The position numbers were made by a program, and so were the translations under genes. A DNA stretch of 64,000 nt, from positions 32,001-96,000 of IMG/VR virus record IMGVR_UViG_3300019854_000029; one strand, 5' to 3'. The stretch's first letter is position 1, and each line of letters starts with the position of its first letter. Below, in pieces: positions 1 through 10,228 of the stretch. Source of the stretch: a virus. The notes below the pieces were generated by a model. It saw nothing but the letters and a program-made list of their open reading frames with translations, had not been told where the DNA came from and ran no database searches.

Positions 1-406
1 CGCAACATGTTTCGCTGAAACCTGCCTCGTCCCCGTCACTTTCGACAACGGAAACAAGCCCGCATACGCCTTGTTCAGCATCTACGACTCGTGGGCAGGG
101 GGAGTGTTCGTCCCCGTCGAGGACGCAGCCCAAGTTCTCACGCCCAAAGTCATCTTCTCCTACGTGCCAAACGGAGACGCTTCCCCAGACCCCGACATCG
201 CACAAGCAACCCCTACAAGGCTCAAGATCGACGGGAAAACCTACGTTGGGTTCCTCCCATACGCAGCCACTTACTGTGGGGAAACAACCAGCGAATGTCA
301 ACACAACCGGGAAGCAGACCGCTCTAAAGTCACCCCCACCGGCACTACGCATATCCTCTCCCCAGCGGAAGTACACGTGACCACGAAAAGCCCCACCAAC
401 AAGTAG
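1..406 (+). CDS. hypothetical protein, 5' end outside window
   Basis: Frame 2 is open from base 2 to TAG 404-406. The listed ORF 71..406 begins at an internal TTG. No motif recognised. Confidence 0.5.
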   Translation, partial: ATCFAETCLVPVTFDNGNKPAYALFSIYDSWAGGVFVPVEDAAQVLTPKVIFSYVPNGDASPDPDIAQATPTRLKIDGKTYVGFLPYAATYCGETTSECQHNREADRSKVTPTGTTHILSPAEVHVTTKSPTNK

Positions 407-448
407 CTCCAAACCAACAAGCACCAACTAGAAAAGACCAGACCCGAA

Positions 449-1618
449 ATGACTCCACTCATCCTGATCGACACCGATGGACACATGTTCGTCGCCCCCG
501 GCTCACAGGCAGCTATCCCGTTCATCGCTGAAGTCATTGAACGCACCGAGGACGGGTACGACCTCGCGGACGCTCTCTTGATCGCAGAAAGCCTCTACGA
601 CCTCCACGAGGACGGGAATATCCCGTACATCAACCCCTACGACCTTTCACCCGAGGACACTCTGGCAGTCACCCGCCACATCAGCGCGTTCCGTTTCCGC
701 ACGCGCTTCCTCGCATACCAGCCCACATGGCAGGTCTACGTGGACGAAGCTCCCGTCCGCTTCACCCTCGAAGATGTCTTTAACGACGAGTACTCCTGTG
801 AGCGCATCGCCCGCGTTCTCGACAATCACGGCGTACACGTCCCCGAGGGTGAAGAAACCAACTTTGACTACGAGAACAAGAAACAGCGAGCACTCCTGTG
901 GTGCGTCGCAGCCACATGCGCGCTCCTCCTCGGAAACAACCGGTCGTTGGAAGCCCGTGACCGGCTCAACCGGGAAATGTTCGGCGGCAGTCAAGCTCTC
1001 GTCGGCCCTGTCCCGATGAAAATGTATTGCGATACGGTGAATGAGTACGCGCTCACCATGCCCCGCAGTCTCGCTGTCGCCACACGCCTCCTAGTGGACA
1101 GTTACCTGTACGAGAACACTCCTTATCGTCTCCTCGACGATACGGAACTCATGCACCTACGCATGGCCGACAAGTCCTATGAATGGCTCGCACCCCGCTA
1201 CACGCTCTCAGGGAACGTCCTCACCTACGAGTGGTACAAGGACACCAACACGTACACGTATCTCGCAGGCAGGCTCTCCATCCCCCGAAGGTTCCTAGAA
1301 GGCGGCGTAGACGAAGTACAAGAACTCACCATGATCGCCCGCGATACCCTCGCAGAACATATGCGAGACCAGCCCGAAACATTCCAGCACGGCTTCTTGT
1401 TGGGCACTCGCGGGGACGAGTGCGTTACCCAAGGACAGATCGCCTACATTGACGGCCACGAGGTCCCCGCATACACGTACCCGCCGTTCATTCCGGGATT
1501 CGACTACGACATTTGCAGACTTCTACGCACGGTGCCCGGTGGCTACTATGCAGGCACTTTTACCACCGTCATCGACGAAAACTTTGGCGTTTACTACCAG
1601 CCAAAAGAAACCGATTAA
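449..1618 (+). CDS. hypothetical protein (389 aa)
   Basis: Long ATG ORF co-directional with its neighbours, with C-ending two-fold codon bias. No motif recognised. Confidence 0.7.
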   Translation: MTPLILIDTDGHMFVAPGSQAAIPFIAEVIERTEDGYDLADALLIAESLYDLHEDGNIPYINPYDLSPEDTLAVTRHISAFRFRTRFLAYQPTWQVYVDEAPVRFTLEDVFNDEYSCERIARVLDNHGVHVPEGEETNFDYENKKQRALLWCVAATCALLLGNNRSLEARDRLNREMFGGSQALVGPVPMKMYCDTVNEYALTMPRSLAVATRLLVDSYLYENTPYRLLDDTELMHLRMADKSYEWLAPRYTLSGNVLTYEWYKDTNTYTYLAGRLSIPRRFLEGGVDEVQELTMIARDTLAEHMRDQPETFQHGFLLGTRGDECVTQGQIAYIDGHEVPAYTYPPFIPGFDYDICRLLRTVPGGYYAGTFTTVIDENFGVYYQPKETD

Positions 1619-1630
1619 GGAGGCGTGCTC

Positions 1631-3055
1631 ATGGCTGCCAGCGTGTTCCCCGTCCTTGTTGTCATCAACCATGAAGGGTTCTATGTCGCAAGCCGTAAAG
1701 ACTTAGAGGACGGCGTATTTGACAACCTACAGTTCTCAGAAGAAAAGCTCGCGCGAGTAGCGGAGTTAGGCAATTATGCGCAGGAAGTCTACGGTACGGA
1801 CGAGAAGTTCTGTGACGACGAGATCAAGAAAGCTATCACGCGGGACTTTGTAGGCTGGCTCGCGGACATGATCGACTCCGGTAGTCCTAGCGACTTGGTT
1901 ACCGCCATCAAAGACCTTGATATGCCCGGCAGGTTCATCCCTCTGCTTGGACACGCTTCCTATGTTGAAACGCTGCACGCCCCGTATAAGTGGGACGAAG
2001 AAGTTGGCTACAAGACACGCAGGGGACTGCACCTTACGGGAATCAAGCTCGCAGACTTAATCAACGACCGCTTGTACGAAGATCGCCTAATTCAGAGCAT
2101 CGAGCAGTGTATTGACGAGCGAGAAATTAAGGACCCGTCCTGTCGCAGAGACTTCTGCTCCACGGTGCATTTCCTACACTTTACGGACGGGGTGAGCGCG
2201 ATTAACGCTTGTGCTGTCCTTAAAGGCAATCCAACAGCGCGTGAAAAGCTCACCGAGGAAATGAATCTTTCCATAGAGAAACTGGGCTTACTGAAGGGCA
2301 TGACCTTAGAAGGCTGCACAATCGGCTCCGATGGGCGAGTAATGGAGGACGTGCAAGAACACTGCCCTTACCCCGCTTTAGTGTCGATTGATGGAGACGC
2401 GGTTTTCCTCGCTTGTGACGAGGATATTGATGTCGCTTCTGACGTGTTCCTCTCTAATGTTGATGAGGACGAAATGGTTAGGGTTTTTGGCCCAGAATGC
2501 GAGGACCGAACATACGGACACCGCTACGACGAAGAACTTCAGGAACGCATCGGAGACTATCTAAACGACGCGCTGATCGAACTTTCTTGTGCGCTCGGGT
2601 TCGCGGGTGAAACTAAAACCGGCAAACCCAACGGTGAATACGAAACCGAGGTCGTAGACTACAAAATCAACCGCGTTCTCGGTATCTCCAAGGAATACGA
2701 CGCGGCCCTACCCATCGTGGGACTATGGCAACCCGCCGAGCTTGCGTTCACCCCTAAGACGTGGCTGTATTTCATTGACAGCAAGGGGCGCGAAATGGAA
2801 CTTCCTCTCGACGGCTTTATCGCTCACTACGTGACTGATGAAGAGATCAACAAAGTTGCCGAACGATTCCACAAAACACATGCCGACATCCCTGCGCGCA
2901 AAAAGTTCGCATCAGTGACAATGGACCTCCACAGCGGCATTGACGCATTGAACATGCTCACCCTCCTATACGGGAGCCGTGAGATCGCGACACTAGCGTT
3001 GGTAGACGCAGCCGCTAAGCGTGGAATCACGATCGCCGGAGTGGCGTTCCGTTAG
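1631..3055 (+). CDS. hypothetical protein (about 474 aa)
   Basis: ORF 1625..3055. AAGGAGG at 1617-1623 sits 7 nt before ATG 1631, so ATG is preferred over GTG 1625. Confidence 0.7.
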   Translation: MAASVFPVLVVINHEGFYVASRKDLEDGVFDNLQFSEEKLARVAELGNYAQEVYGTDEKFCDDEIKKAITRDFVGWLADMIDSGSPSDLVTAIKDLDMPGRFIPLLGHASYVETLHAPYKWDEEVGYKTRRGLHLTGIKLADLINDRLYEDRLIQSIEQCIDEREIKDPSCRRDFCSTVHFLHFTDGVSAINACAVLKGNPTAREKLTEEMNLSIEKLGLLKGMTLEGCTIGSDGRVMEDVQEHCPYPALVSIDGDAVFLACDEDIDVASDVFLSNVDEDEMVRVFGPECEDRTYGHRYDEELQERIGDYLNDALIELSCALGFAGETKTGKPNGEYETEVVDYKINRVLGISKEYDAALPIVGLWQPAELAFTPKTWLYFIDSKGREMELPLDGFIAHYVTDEEINKVAERFHKTHADIPARKKFASVTMDLHSGIDALNMLTLLYGSREIATLALVDAAAKRGITIAGVAFR

Positions 3056-3062
3056 GCAACAA

Positions 3063-4274
3063 ATGATTACAGTCAACCAAGCCCATCACGCGCTCATCGC
3101 GCGCTTGGCCCTAGTAGCTTGCCTCATCGTCATGCTGCTAGGGCTAGGCGGCGTTCGCGGCGCATACGCTCTACCCGCTAATCCCACTGTCTCTGATGAG
3201 GCTATTGAGGCGAACTGGAACAGTCTTGACGACGACCATAAGAAGATCGCGCAGGATGTCGTATCAGCCGCGCAAGCCCAAGGGTTCAGTAAGGAAGCGG
3301 CAGCAGCTATCGCAGGGAACTTCTGGCGCGAGTCAGGGTTCAGTTTGGACGCACAAAACCCCTCTAGTGGCGCGTGTGGCCTGTATCAGGCTCTCGGCTC
3401 AAGGCGCACCTCGCTACTCGCTAAGAACGGCGTGAACTCCTGTAGCGGGCTGAAAGCCGACAAGACAATGGAAGCTGCCATTGAGGACGGGCGCTTAGAG
3501 TGGGTGGGTTGGAAAACCACCGCGAGTATTTACCCGTCAATGGCCCAGTATGCGCTCACCGACGCTGACAAGTACGGCGTGAAGGGCGCGACCGTCCCGT
3601 CTGGGGAAGATAAGTTCGACAACGTAGACGCATTCAAGAAAACCGACAATTGGTATTTCGCGACGTGGATTTGGATGACGAACTGGGAAGCGCCCGGCGG
3701 CGCGGAAGCCGGGTTCATGAAGCGCGTCTCCTACACGGCGACAATCCTCAAGAAAGTCAACGGCGGCTCTGTTTCTTCATCGTCCGCGTCTGCCGGTACA
3801 GATAAGGGCGGCGGGGGAATTAAGGACGACTGGGAACTACCGGGTATGCCCAAGAAACCGAGCATCACGGAAGGACAAGCCGTCTCACTGGCTGAAGGTT
3901 CTCAGTTGTCCCAGCAGCAGAAAGACAACCTGTACGACATTCTCGCCCAACGGGAACTTGAGTCTCAGTCCGCGCTCGATAGGGCTGTCGCAGTGGGCTG
4001 TTCGGTGTTCGGTGTCTTGTTGATCGTCTGGGCGGTCATGCAGTTCGCTGGCTTAGCTGTCAGTCTTGTTTCCCCACAGTTGCACGCCTACCGGCTTGTC
4101 ATGCTTGGGAACCTTGAATACGCGCCCACCCCGGAAGAAGCAACAAGCGACAAGTACGTGACCTTGAAGGGCGCGATAGGTATTGCTGTTGCGACGCTCA
4201 TCATGGCCGCGCTCCTCCTAACAGCAGCCCTACAAGACGCAATCACCTCACTTTTAAGCTATTTCATTTCCTAA
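3063..4274 (+). CDS. secreted phage-tail-lysozyme-like cell-wall hydrolase with C-terminal two-TM anchor module
   Basis: From ATG 3063 there is a signal-like N-terminus (LVACLIVMLLGLGGVRGAYA). Motif AGNFWRESGFSLDAQNPSSGACGLYQA resembles the Phage_lysozyme2 family signature. The C-terminus (DWELPGMP, coiled segment, two hydrophobic helices) is homologous to the C-terminus of 10229..11563. Confidence 0.7.
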   Translation: MITVNQAHHALIARLALVACLIVMLLGLGGVRGAYALPANPTVSDEAIEANWNSLDDDHKKIAQDVVSAAQAQGFSKEAAAAIAGNFWRESGFSLDAQNPSSGACGLYQALGSRRTSLLAKNGVNSCSGLKADKTMEAAIEDGRLEWVGWKTTASIYPSMAQYALTDADKYGVKGATVPSGEDKFDNVDAFKKTDNWYFATWIWMTNWEAPGGAEAGFMKRVSYTATILKKVNGGSVSSSSASAGTDKGGGGIKDDWELPGMPKKPSITEGQAVSLAEGSQLSQQQKDNLYDILAQRELESQSALDRAVAVGCSVFGVLLIVWAVMQFAGLAVSLVSPQLHAYRLVMLGNLEYAPTPEEATSDKYVTLKGAIGIAVATLIMAALLLTAALQDAITSLLSYFIS

Positions 4275-4292
4275 CCACGAAAGGACAAAACT

Positions 4293-5021
4293 ATGCCCAT
4301 CAAAGAGGAACTTCCTCAAGAACACGCAGAAGCAACCCGGATTATAGAAGCCTGCCAAGAAGCCTACGGGCCACTATTTACCAGTTTCGTTGCGGCCTTG
4401 TTCCCCTCTCTCAAGCTCGAAACACCCGTATGCTGCTGCTCAGAAGCGAACTATGAGAACATTTTCAGTCTTACCGGAGACGAAATCCCGCTGCCTCGTA
4501 AGGTTACCCACTACGCGCTGGTCGGAAACGATGTAAAGCCTGTATCGGAAGGCGATGCTTTATTTACATTTTTCCCGGTGAAATCTGGCCTACTCCTGAC
4601 AGTAGACAAGAAACAGTTGATGTCTAAACTCGCCCCCATTGTCCCTGAGTATGCGGCGCGGGTGATAGATGACGTGCAAGAGGACCGACTGCAAATGTTG
4701 AGCAGGTGGCGCTACTTGCTTTCTCGTAAGCTCCAATCTCTCCTGTTCGGCTACTACAGCGTCAACACAAGCGGCATTATCACAAGGAATGATGAGAGTT
4801 ACCCCGCTTTTAACCTGTCTCTACGGGAACTCATGCAGAACGTGAGCGGCGAATATGGGGACTATGTGCTCGTGTCAGGCGGGCGAGCATATACGCCAGA
4901 GGAAGCCGCACACAATGAAGCCTTAATTCTGTCTCAAGCGCAACTCGCACCCTCGGAGAATGCTCTCATTGGGGCGCTCCAAACCCGCGCCGCATACGAG
5001 GCAACCGTGAAGGGACTGTGA
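4293..5021 (+). CDS. hypothetical protein (242 aa)
   Basis: ATG ORF preceded by GAAAGGA. No motif recognised. Confidence 0.7.
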   Translation: MPIKEELPQEHAEATRIIEACQEAYGPLFTSFVAALFPSLKLETPVCCCSEANYENIFSLTGDEIPLPRKVTHYALVGNDVKPVSEGDALFTFFPVKSGLLLTVDKKQLMSKLAPIVPEYAARVIDDVQEDRLQMLSRWRYLLSRKLQSLLFGYYSVNTSGIITRNDESYPAFNLSLRELMQNVSGEYGDYVLVSGGRAYTPEEAAHNEALILSQAQLAPSENALIGALQTRAAYEATVKGL

Positions 5022-5025
5022 CCCC

Positions 5026-5403
5026 GTGTTCATCGAAACCACGCGCCCAGACGTGAAAGAAACCATCCTCGTCCCTAGCCGCGAGTGGGACGAGGCGTGT
5101 AAGCCGATCACTGAAGCTATCCGCGAGCGCGGCTATGTCGATGTCGTGCGCACAACCCTCGGTAGGAACCCGCAAACACAATGGGTTTCATTGGCCGGGG
5201 ACGCAGACGGAAGCATCGTGCTTGACGACGTTGAAGCCCCATATTGCGGCGAGGTCACACTTAACGTCCCGCAGGCTCCCATGCCAGTTGTTGCAGTGAA
5301 GATGGGCGATGGGCCGGTCGAGTGGCGGCAGGAAGGTGATGAGATTGTGCCTCATCAAGACGAAACCGCATACCCGATTGATATAATTGCCATACTCTCA
5401 TAA
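5026..5403 (+). CDS. hypothetical protein (125 aa)
   Basis: GTG ORF with GAAGGGA about 10 nt upstream, packed 4 nt after the previous stop. Confidence 0.6.
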   Translation: MFIETTRPDVKETILVPSREWDEACKPITEAIRERGYVDVVRTTLGRNPQTQWVSLAGDADGSIVLDDVEAPYCGEVTLNVPQAPMPVVAVKMGDGPVEWRQEGDEIVPHQDETAYPIDIIAILS

Positions 5404-5420
5404 TTTATGTACACCATAGG
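5388..5420 (+). promoter_or_regulatory. conserved promoter-like element, copy F
   Basis: tGCCATACTCTCATAATTTATGTACACCATAGG. Reads as TTGCCA-N17-TACACC. Lies 10 nt upstream of ATG 5430 and overlaps the stop of the previous gene. Confidence 0.6.
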
Positions 5421-5429
5421 AAGCTAAAC

Positions 5430-7331
5430 ATGGACCCGGAAAACACCCCAGACTTTGTGACCACCATCTTGAATGTTGGCACTCACTTCGCAGACGATGA
5501 AGCTCTCAAGGCCCTCTATAGCGCCTATGGGAGCACAAGCATCCCCGAAGAGTTCGCTATCGTGCGCAACGAGGACGGTAGTTACGACGTTATCCGCGCA
5601 GACGAAGTAGACGACCCCTCTAGCGTCGTCACCGAGCCTCCTTTCATGGCCGACGAAGCTGACACCCCCGCACGCGCGGTAGACGGGGAAGAGGAACCAG
5701 AAGAAGGCGATGAGCCGATCATTGTCCACTGGGACGAAGATGAGGACGAGGACGAAGAAGAAGCCTCTAGCATCACCGTAAAACCGGAAGCTCTGGCCGA
5801 AGCCTCCGAAACCGTAGCTCTCACCACTGAAGCCACTCCGCGTAAGAGCGAGAACGTGACGAGCCTCCTTGAAAGCGCCTCCAATATCGCGAACATTACT
5901 CCCGGCGACTACACGATCACCTACGGGGAAACCGTCAACATTAACCAGATCGACGCGCTCCTCCCGTTACGCGAATACCGTAAGGAAACCCGCAGGGGCC
6001 TGAACAATATCGTCAAAGACCTCGGCATCCTCAACCCCATTGTCGTGACCCTCACTGAGGAATACCAGAAGTACCTCGACGCTCACGGGTTCACGACCGC
6101 AGTAGAAGCAGACGCAGCCGGATACGCGGGAGCACGCTACAAGCTCCTCGACGGCTTCCGACGCATGTCCGCAGCCCTGACCTACAACCTTGAAGATGTC
6201 CCCGCGACGATCATCCGCTTCCGCGACCCCCAGCAGTCCAGCGAACTAGCAATATTCTTCCATCTCGTCCTCAACCGCCACCAAAAGCACACGTGGCCCG
6301 AAATCTGGAAGATGCTCCAAACCGTAGACCGCTCCTACACGGTCGAAGCCACAGCCCTCGACTGGCTCCTTGGCATCGACTTGGGCGACAGTATGCGCCT
6401 ACGCGACGTAATGGAATGCGAATACCCCGAAATCATTGACGAGTTCACCAGCGGGAAGCGCTCACTCCTCAAGAGCTACAACAGCTTGCAGAAAGCACGC
6501 CGAGACGAACAAAACCCGCGCGCAATCGACGACACTCGCAGCGTCAACGACGTTGAAGAGGCAAAAGACCTCGCAAACGACGAGGAACAAGCCCCATTGC
6601 CCGATGAGGAAGTCCAAAAGCTCCTCGGCATGGGTGAAGAACTCATCAGCGTCCGCGACGAACTCAACACTGAAGCAAACCTTTTCGCCGGGCTAACCGA
6701 CGAGGACCGTGAAAACTTGGAGAACACGCTCCTCCAAGACGAACTCAGTGGCCTGAAAGACGAGGACTTTCTCGACGAAGGCGAAGTCGTCCCGATCTTC
6801 AACAAGCCTTTCAGTCAGGGCGACGACCTTGACGACCGGTTCCCCGGCCTCGGTAAAGACGTTATCCAAGACCCCAAGAACCGCCAGCCGCTCCCGCCCG
6901 AAACCCGTGCAGCTATCCTCATGCGCGACGGCGCGAAGTGTCAGGCGTGTGGGTTCGGTGAAGGCTATAAGGACAACATTCACCTCGGACTGTTGGAATG
7001 CCACCACATCACCGCCGTGTACCTTGGTGGCGCTGACACTGCCAGTAACTTTGTGACCCTATGTAACCGCTGCCACGCAGCCGTTCACATTTTCGCTGGC
7101 GTTGGTGGACGTATCTACATGGATAAGGAACAGTTCAAGACCGTTCCCGCAGCTCAGAGGCGCACCGACGCTATCTGCTTGCACTACGCGAAGATTCTCC
7201 TACGCGCCGAAGCTGAAACCGGTAAGCGCCTCCGCAAGTACAAGCCTGCCCGCAACCCGTTCTGGGTGGCTCAGGCAATTGCAGAACGCGACGTAAAAAC
7301 CGTTGAAGCACTGACAGGTAGCGCAGCATGA
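5430..7331 (+). CDS. ParB/Srx-like N-terminal domain protein fused to a C-terminal HNH endonuclease
   Basis: ParB-type box KLLDGFRRMSAAL after LPLREYRKETRRGL. Acidic run DEDEDEDEEE. C-terminal HNH signature CQACGF...LECHHITAVYLGG...NFVTLCNRCHAAVH. Confidence 0.8.
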   Translation: MDPENTPDFVTTILNVGTHFADDEALKALYSAYGSTSIPEEFAIVRNEDGSYDVIRADEVDDPSSVVTEPPFMADEADTPARAVDGEEEPEEGDEPIIVHWDEDEDEDEEEASSITVKPEALAEASETVALTTEATPRKSENVTSLLESASNIANITPGDYTITYGETVNINQIDALLPLREYRKETRRGLNNIVKDLGILNPIVVTLTEEYQKYLDAHGFTTAVEADAAGYAGARYKLLDGFRRMSAALTYNLEDVPATIIRFRDPQQSSELAIFFHLVLNRHQKHTWPEIWKMLQTVDRSYTVEATALDWLLGIDLGDSMRLRDVMECEYPEIIDEFTSGKRSLLKSYNSLQKARRDEQNPRAIDDTRSVNDVEEAKDLANDEEQAPLPDEEVQKLLGMGEELISVRDELNTEANLFAGLTDEDRENLENTLLQDELSGLKDEDFLDEGEVVPIFNKPFSQGDDLDDRFPGLGKDVIQDPKNRQPLPPETRAAILMRDGAKCQACGFGEGYKDNIHLGLLECHHITAVYLGGADTASNFVTLCNRCHAAVHIFAGVGGRIYMDKEQFKTVPAAQRRTDAICLHYAKILLRAEAETGKRLRKYKPARNPFWVAQAIAERDVKTVEALTGSAA

Positions 7332-8215
7332 GATGGCATGAAGCATCATTCATGGGCGCTCGCGGCTACGGGGCAACATTCCCCGACGCTGACGGCACTC
7401 TACGCGGCCTGATCGCAGCCTACATGCCCCTTGTGGGGGAGTTCTTTTGGGTTGCCCTCCCAAAGCCTACGGTCGGTGGCCCGGCGCTCTCAGGGGCGTT
7501 CCTGCTGTCCCGCGTGAACGTGACGCGCCTCGCTCGTCTCATCATCGAGTCGAACGGGGCGCGCGCCCTGTCTGAAACTGACCTTGTGTCCATGTATGAG
7601 ACCGTGATGGAAGAAGGCGCGCCATTCAAGCCCGAGAGCGCAGACAGGCAAACTCTCATGGTGTTCCAAACACCCCGCGCACTCATCTACGCGGACGAAG
7701 AAAACGGAAGCGTCCTCGTGACACTAGGGAAACCGGGCGAGGACGAAAAGATCAACGCTCAACCCACCTTGAAAGTCCTATGCGGCCTCTACTCGCCAGA
7801 CCAGACGCGCCTCCACGAAGGACTCTGGAAATACGCGGCAGAACGCGGGGCCACGCTCCCTAAGCAGTTCGAGGCGGGCGGCTACATGTGGATGCTCAAA
7901 ACCCGTAGCGGACAGTGGGCTTCCCTCGAAAACGACTTAGGGTACATAAAGACCCCTAGTGCGGCGATCAAACTAGAAGATGACACGGAAACCAAGTTGC
8001 AGAACATCCTCGACGAGTATCCCGCGACAGGAAACAACTTCATGTTCGACCTCGGTGTTCACGCGCAGAACATGTACATCGTGCGGCGTGCAATCGGATA
8101 CATGAAAGACCAACCCGCGCTTCCCGTGTTTGAGTTCGACCGCGAGGCGGCTATTATCCGTACCGCGAAAGCCTTACAACGCATGAAAAAACGAGCCGCT
8201 AGGCTCGCGCAGTAG
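7328..8215 (+). CDS. hypothetical protein (295 aa)
   Basis: ATGA start-stop overlap with the upstream gene. No motif recognised. Confidence 0.65.
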   Translation: MRWHEASFMGARGYGATFPDADGTLRGLIAAYMPLVGEFFWVALPKPTVGGPALSGAFLLSRVNVTRLARLIIESNGARALSETDLVSMYETVMEEGAPFKPESADRQTLMVFQTPRALIYADEENGSVLVTLGKPGEDEKINAQPTLKVLCGLYSPDQTRLHEGLWKYAAERGATLPKQFEAGGYMWMLKTRSGQWASLENDLGYIKTPSAAIKLEDDTETKLQNILDEYPATGNNFMFDLGVHAQNMYIVRRAIGYMKDQPALPVFEFDREAAIIRTAKALQRMKKRAARLAQ

Positions 8216-8275
8216 CGTTAAAGACAGGCAACAAACTCGCGCTTACCCCATCAACCAACAGGAGAGAAAATACTG

Positions 8276-10219
8276 ATGCGTCCGTCGCTTATCACTTCAT
8301 CGTGTGCCCTTGCGGTACTGTTCGCTGTAGGTGTCGCACCGACCGCGTTCGCTGACGTAACCAGCGGGACACCCTCACCGTCCCCGTCCGTGACCGCCAC
8401 TGAAACGACCCCTACGCCGTCACCCACGCCCTCGGCAAGCAGCACGCCCAGCGCAACAACACCTAGTGAAGCAACGCCCACAGTCTCACCAACCCCCACC
8501 GCCGCACCTACCACAGCGACACCCACTCCAACCCCCACCGCCACCACGCCTGCCGCAGCCGACTTCATCCGCCAACATTGGCAAGAAATGGGCGGCGAGA
8601 ACGGTGTCCTCGGCTCTGCTACGTCTGGGCTAGTCCCATTGCGTGACGGCGCGTTCATTCAGTTCTATCGTGGTGGTCAAATCTACTGGACCGCCCAGTA
8701 TGGTGCTCATGCTTCACGCGGTGGAATCCACGGGGCCTACGGCTCCTACAAGTGGGAGAACGGGCCTCTCGGGTTCCCCACGTCCGATGAAGTAAACCGG
8801 ACGATTGCAGGTGTCCCCGGCGCGGTACAGACCTATGAGAACGGTCAGATCAGTTGGAGTAGCAGGGGAGGCGCGCACCCTATTTGGGGCAAAATCCTTG
8901 AACGCTACCAGAGCGCAGAAGCAGAAGGCCGTTCGCTGGGTTGGCCGCTGAATGACGAGATGAAGGACGCGGCCAACGGTGGCGCATATCAGCATTTCAC
9001 TGGTGGCTCGATCTACTTCCACCCATCTACCGGCGCACACCGAGTGACCGGGGGTATCCGCAACATGTGGGAAGCTCAGGGCTGGGAACGCGGCCAGATG
9101 GGCTACCCGACGGGCGAAGAAACTGCCACGGCTAATGGTGGCGTGTATCAGACTTTCCAAGGCGGAACCGCATACTGGCACCCGCGTACAGGCACTTACT
9201 ACGTGCATGGTGCGATGCTGGGAGCATACGGGCGCGCAGGATACGAATGGGGACGTTTCGGCTACCCGACCAGTAACGAAACCCCGTCCGCTAACGGCGG
9301 CGTGTTCCAGATTTTCCAAGGCGGCACAGCCTACTGGCATCCCGGTTCGGACTCTTATTTCGTCCACGACGCGATCATGGGCACTTATCGCTATTACAAC
9401 TGGGAACGAGGGGAACTCGGATACCCGCTGAGCGACGAAACCGGCACGGCGAACGGTGGCGTGTACCAGCGTTTCCAAGGCGGCACCGCATACTGGTCGC
9501 CGCGTACCGGCTCTCACGCGGTCACAGGCGAATTGCTCGGTGAATACGGTAACCACGGTTACGAGCACGGACACTTGGGCTACCCGACTTCCGAACCCTA
9601 TTGGGACGGTAACCGTCATAAGCAGAACTTTGAGCACGGTGTCCTCGAAAAAGCCCACGATTTCAACGTCGCATGGGCCGGTCAGCCGAACAACTATTTC
9701 TGTGGCCCGACGAGCGGTTGGATGGTTCTTAACGCTATCGGCGCTCACCGCTCCGCACAAGGCGTTCCCTTGAGCATTAACGCGCTCGCAAGCCGCGATT
9801 ACATGAACACCGTCGGATACGGGTACACGAGCTTCCATGACCGTCGTTTCGAGTACGGCATGAACAAGTGGCTGGGATACGACGCTTACACGACGATTCA
9901 CACGCCCACGGTCGATCAAGTCCGTGAAGCTGTGAAGAACTCCTTCCGTAAGGGGATACCCACTGTCGTTGACGCGCAAGAACGACGCGGAGGACCGCAC
10001 TACAACGGCCACCCGAACAGCACGTTCTCTCACATCATGGTTGTCACGTCCTACGACCCGAACACTGACTCTATGCGTATCGCTGACCCCGGTGTCCACT
10101 ACCTGTGGGGCGGCGAAGAGCAGTTCTGGTATCACCTGCCCTCGTTCACTCAACGGTTCCTCCAAACTGAGGTTGAGCGTGACGGGCGTGAGCATATCGG
10201 TATTTACACGGCTCGATGA
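8276..10219 (+). CDS. secreted LGFP-repeat protein with C-terminal papain-like (C39-like) cysteine peptidase domain
   Basis: Signal peptide, Thr/Pro-rich linker, then about seven repeats ending LGFP/LGWP/MGYP/FGYP/LGYP. C-terminal domain has Cys in YFCGPTSGWMVLNAI and His in FSHIMVVTSYDP. Confidence 0.75.
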   Translation: MRPSLITSSCALAVLFAVGVAPTAFADVTSGTPSPSPSVTATETTPTPSPTPSASSTPSATTPSEATPTVSPTPTAAPTTATPTPTPTATTPAAADFIRQHWQEMGGENGVLGSATSGLVPLRDGAFIQFYRGGQIYWTAQYGAHASRGGIHGAYGSYKWENGPLGFPTSDEVNRTIAGVPGAVQTYENGQISWSSRGGAHPIWGKILERYQSAEAEGRSLGWPLNDEMKDAANGGAYQHFTGGSIYFHPSTGAHRVTGGIRNMWEAQGWERGQMGYPTGEETATANGGVYQTFQGGTAYWHPRTGTYYVHGAMLGAYGRAGYEWGRFGYPTSNETPSANGGVFQIFQGGTAYWHPGSDSYFVHDAIMGTYRYYNWERGELGYPLSDETGTANGGVYQRFQGGTAYWSPRTGSHAVTGELLGEYGNHGYEHGHLGYPTSEPYWDGNRHKQNFEHGVLEKAHDFNVAWAGQPNNYFCGPTSGWMVLNAIGAHRSAQGVPLSINALASRDYMNTVGYGYTSFHDRRFEYGMNKWLGYDAYTTIHTPTVDQVREAVKNSFRKGIPTVVDAQERRGGPHYNGHPNSTFSHIMVVTSYDPNTDSMRIADPGVHYLWGGEEQFWYHLPSFTQRFLQTEVERDGREHIGIYTAR

Positions 10220-10228
10220 GGAAGAAGG

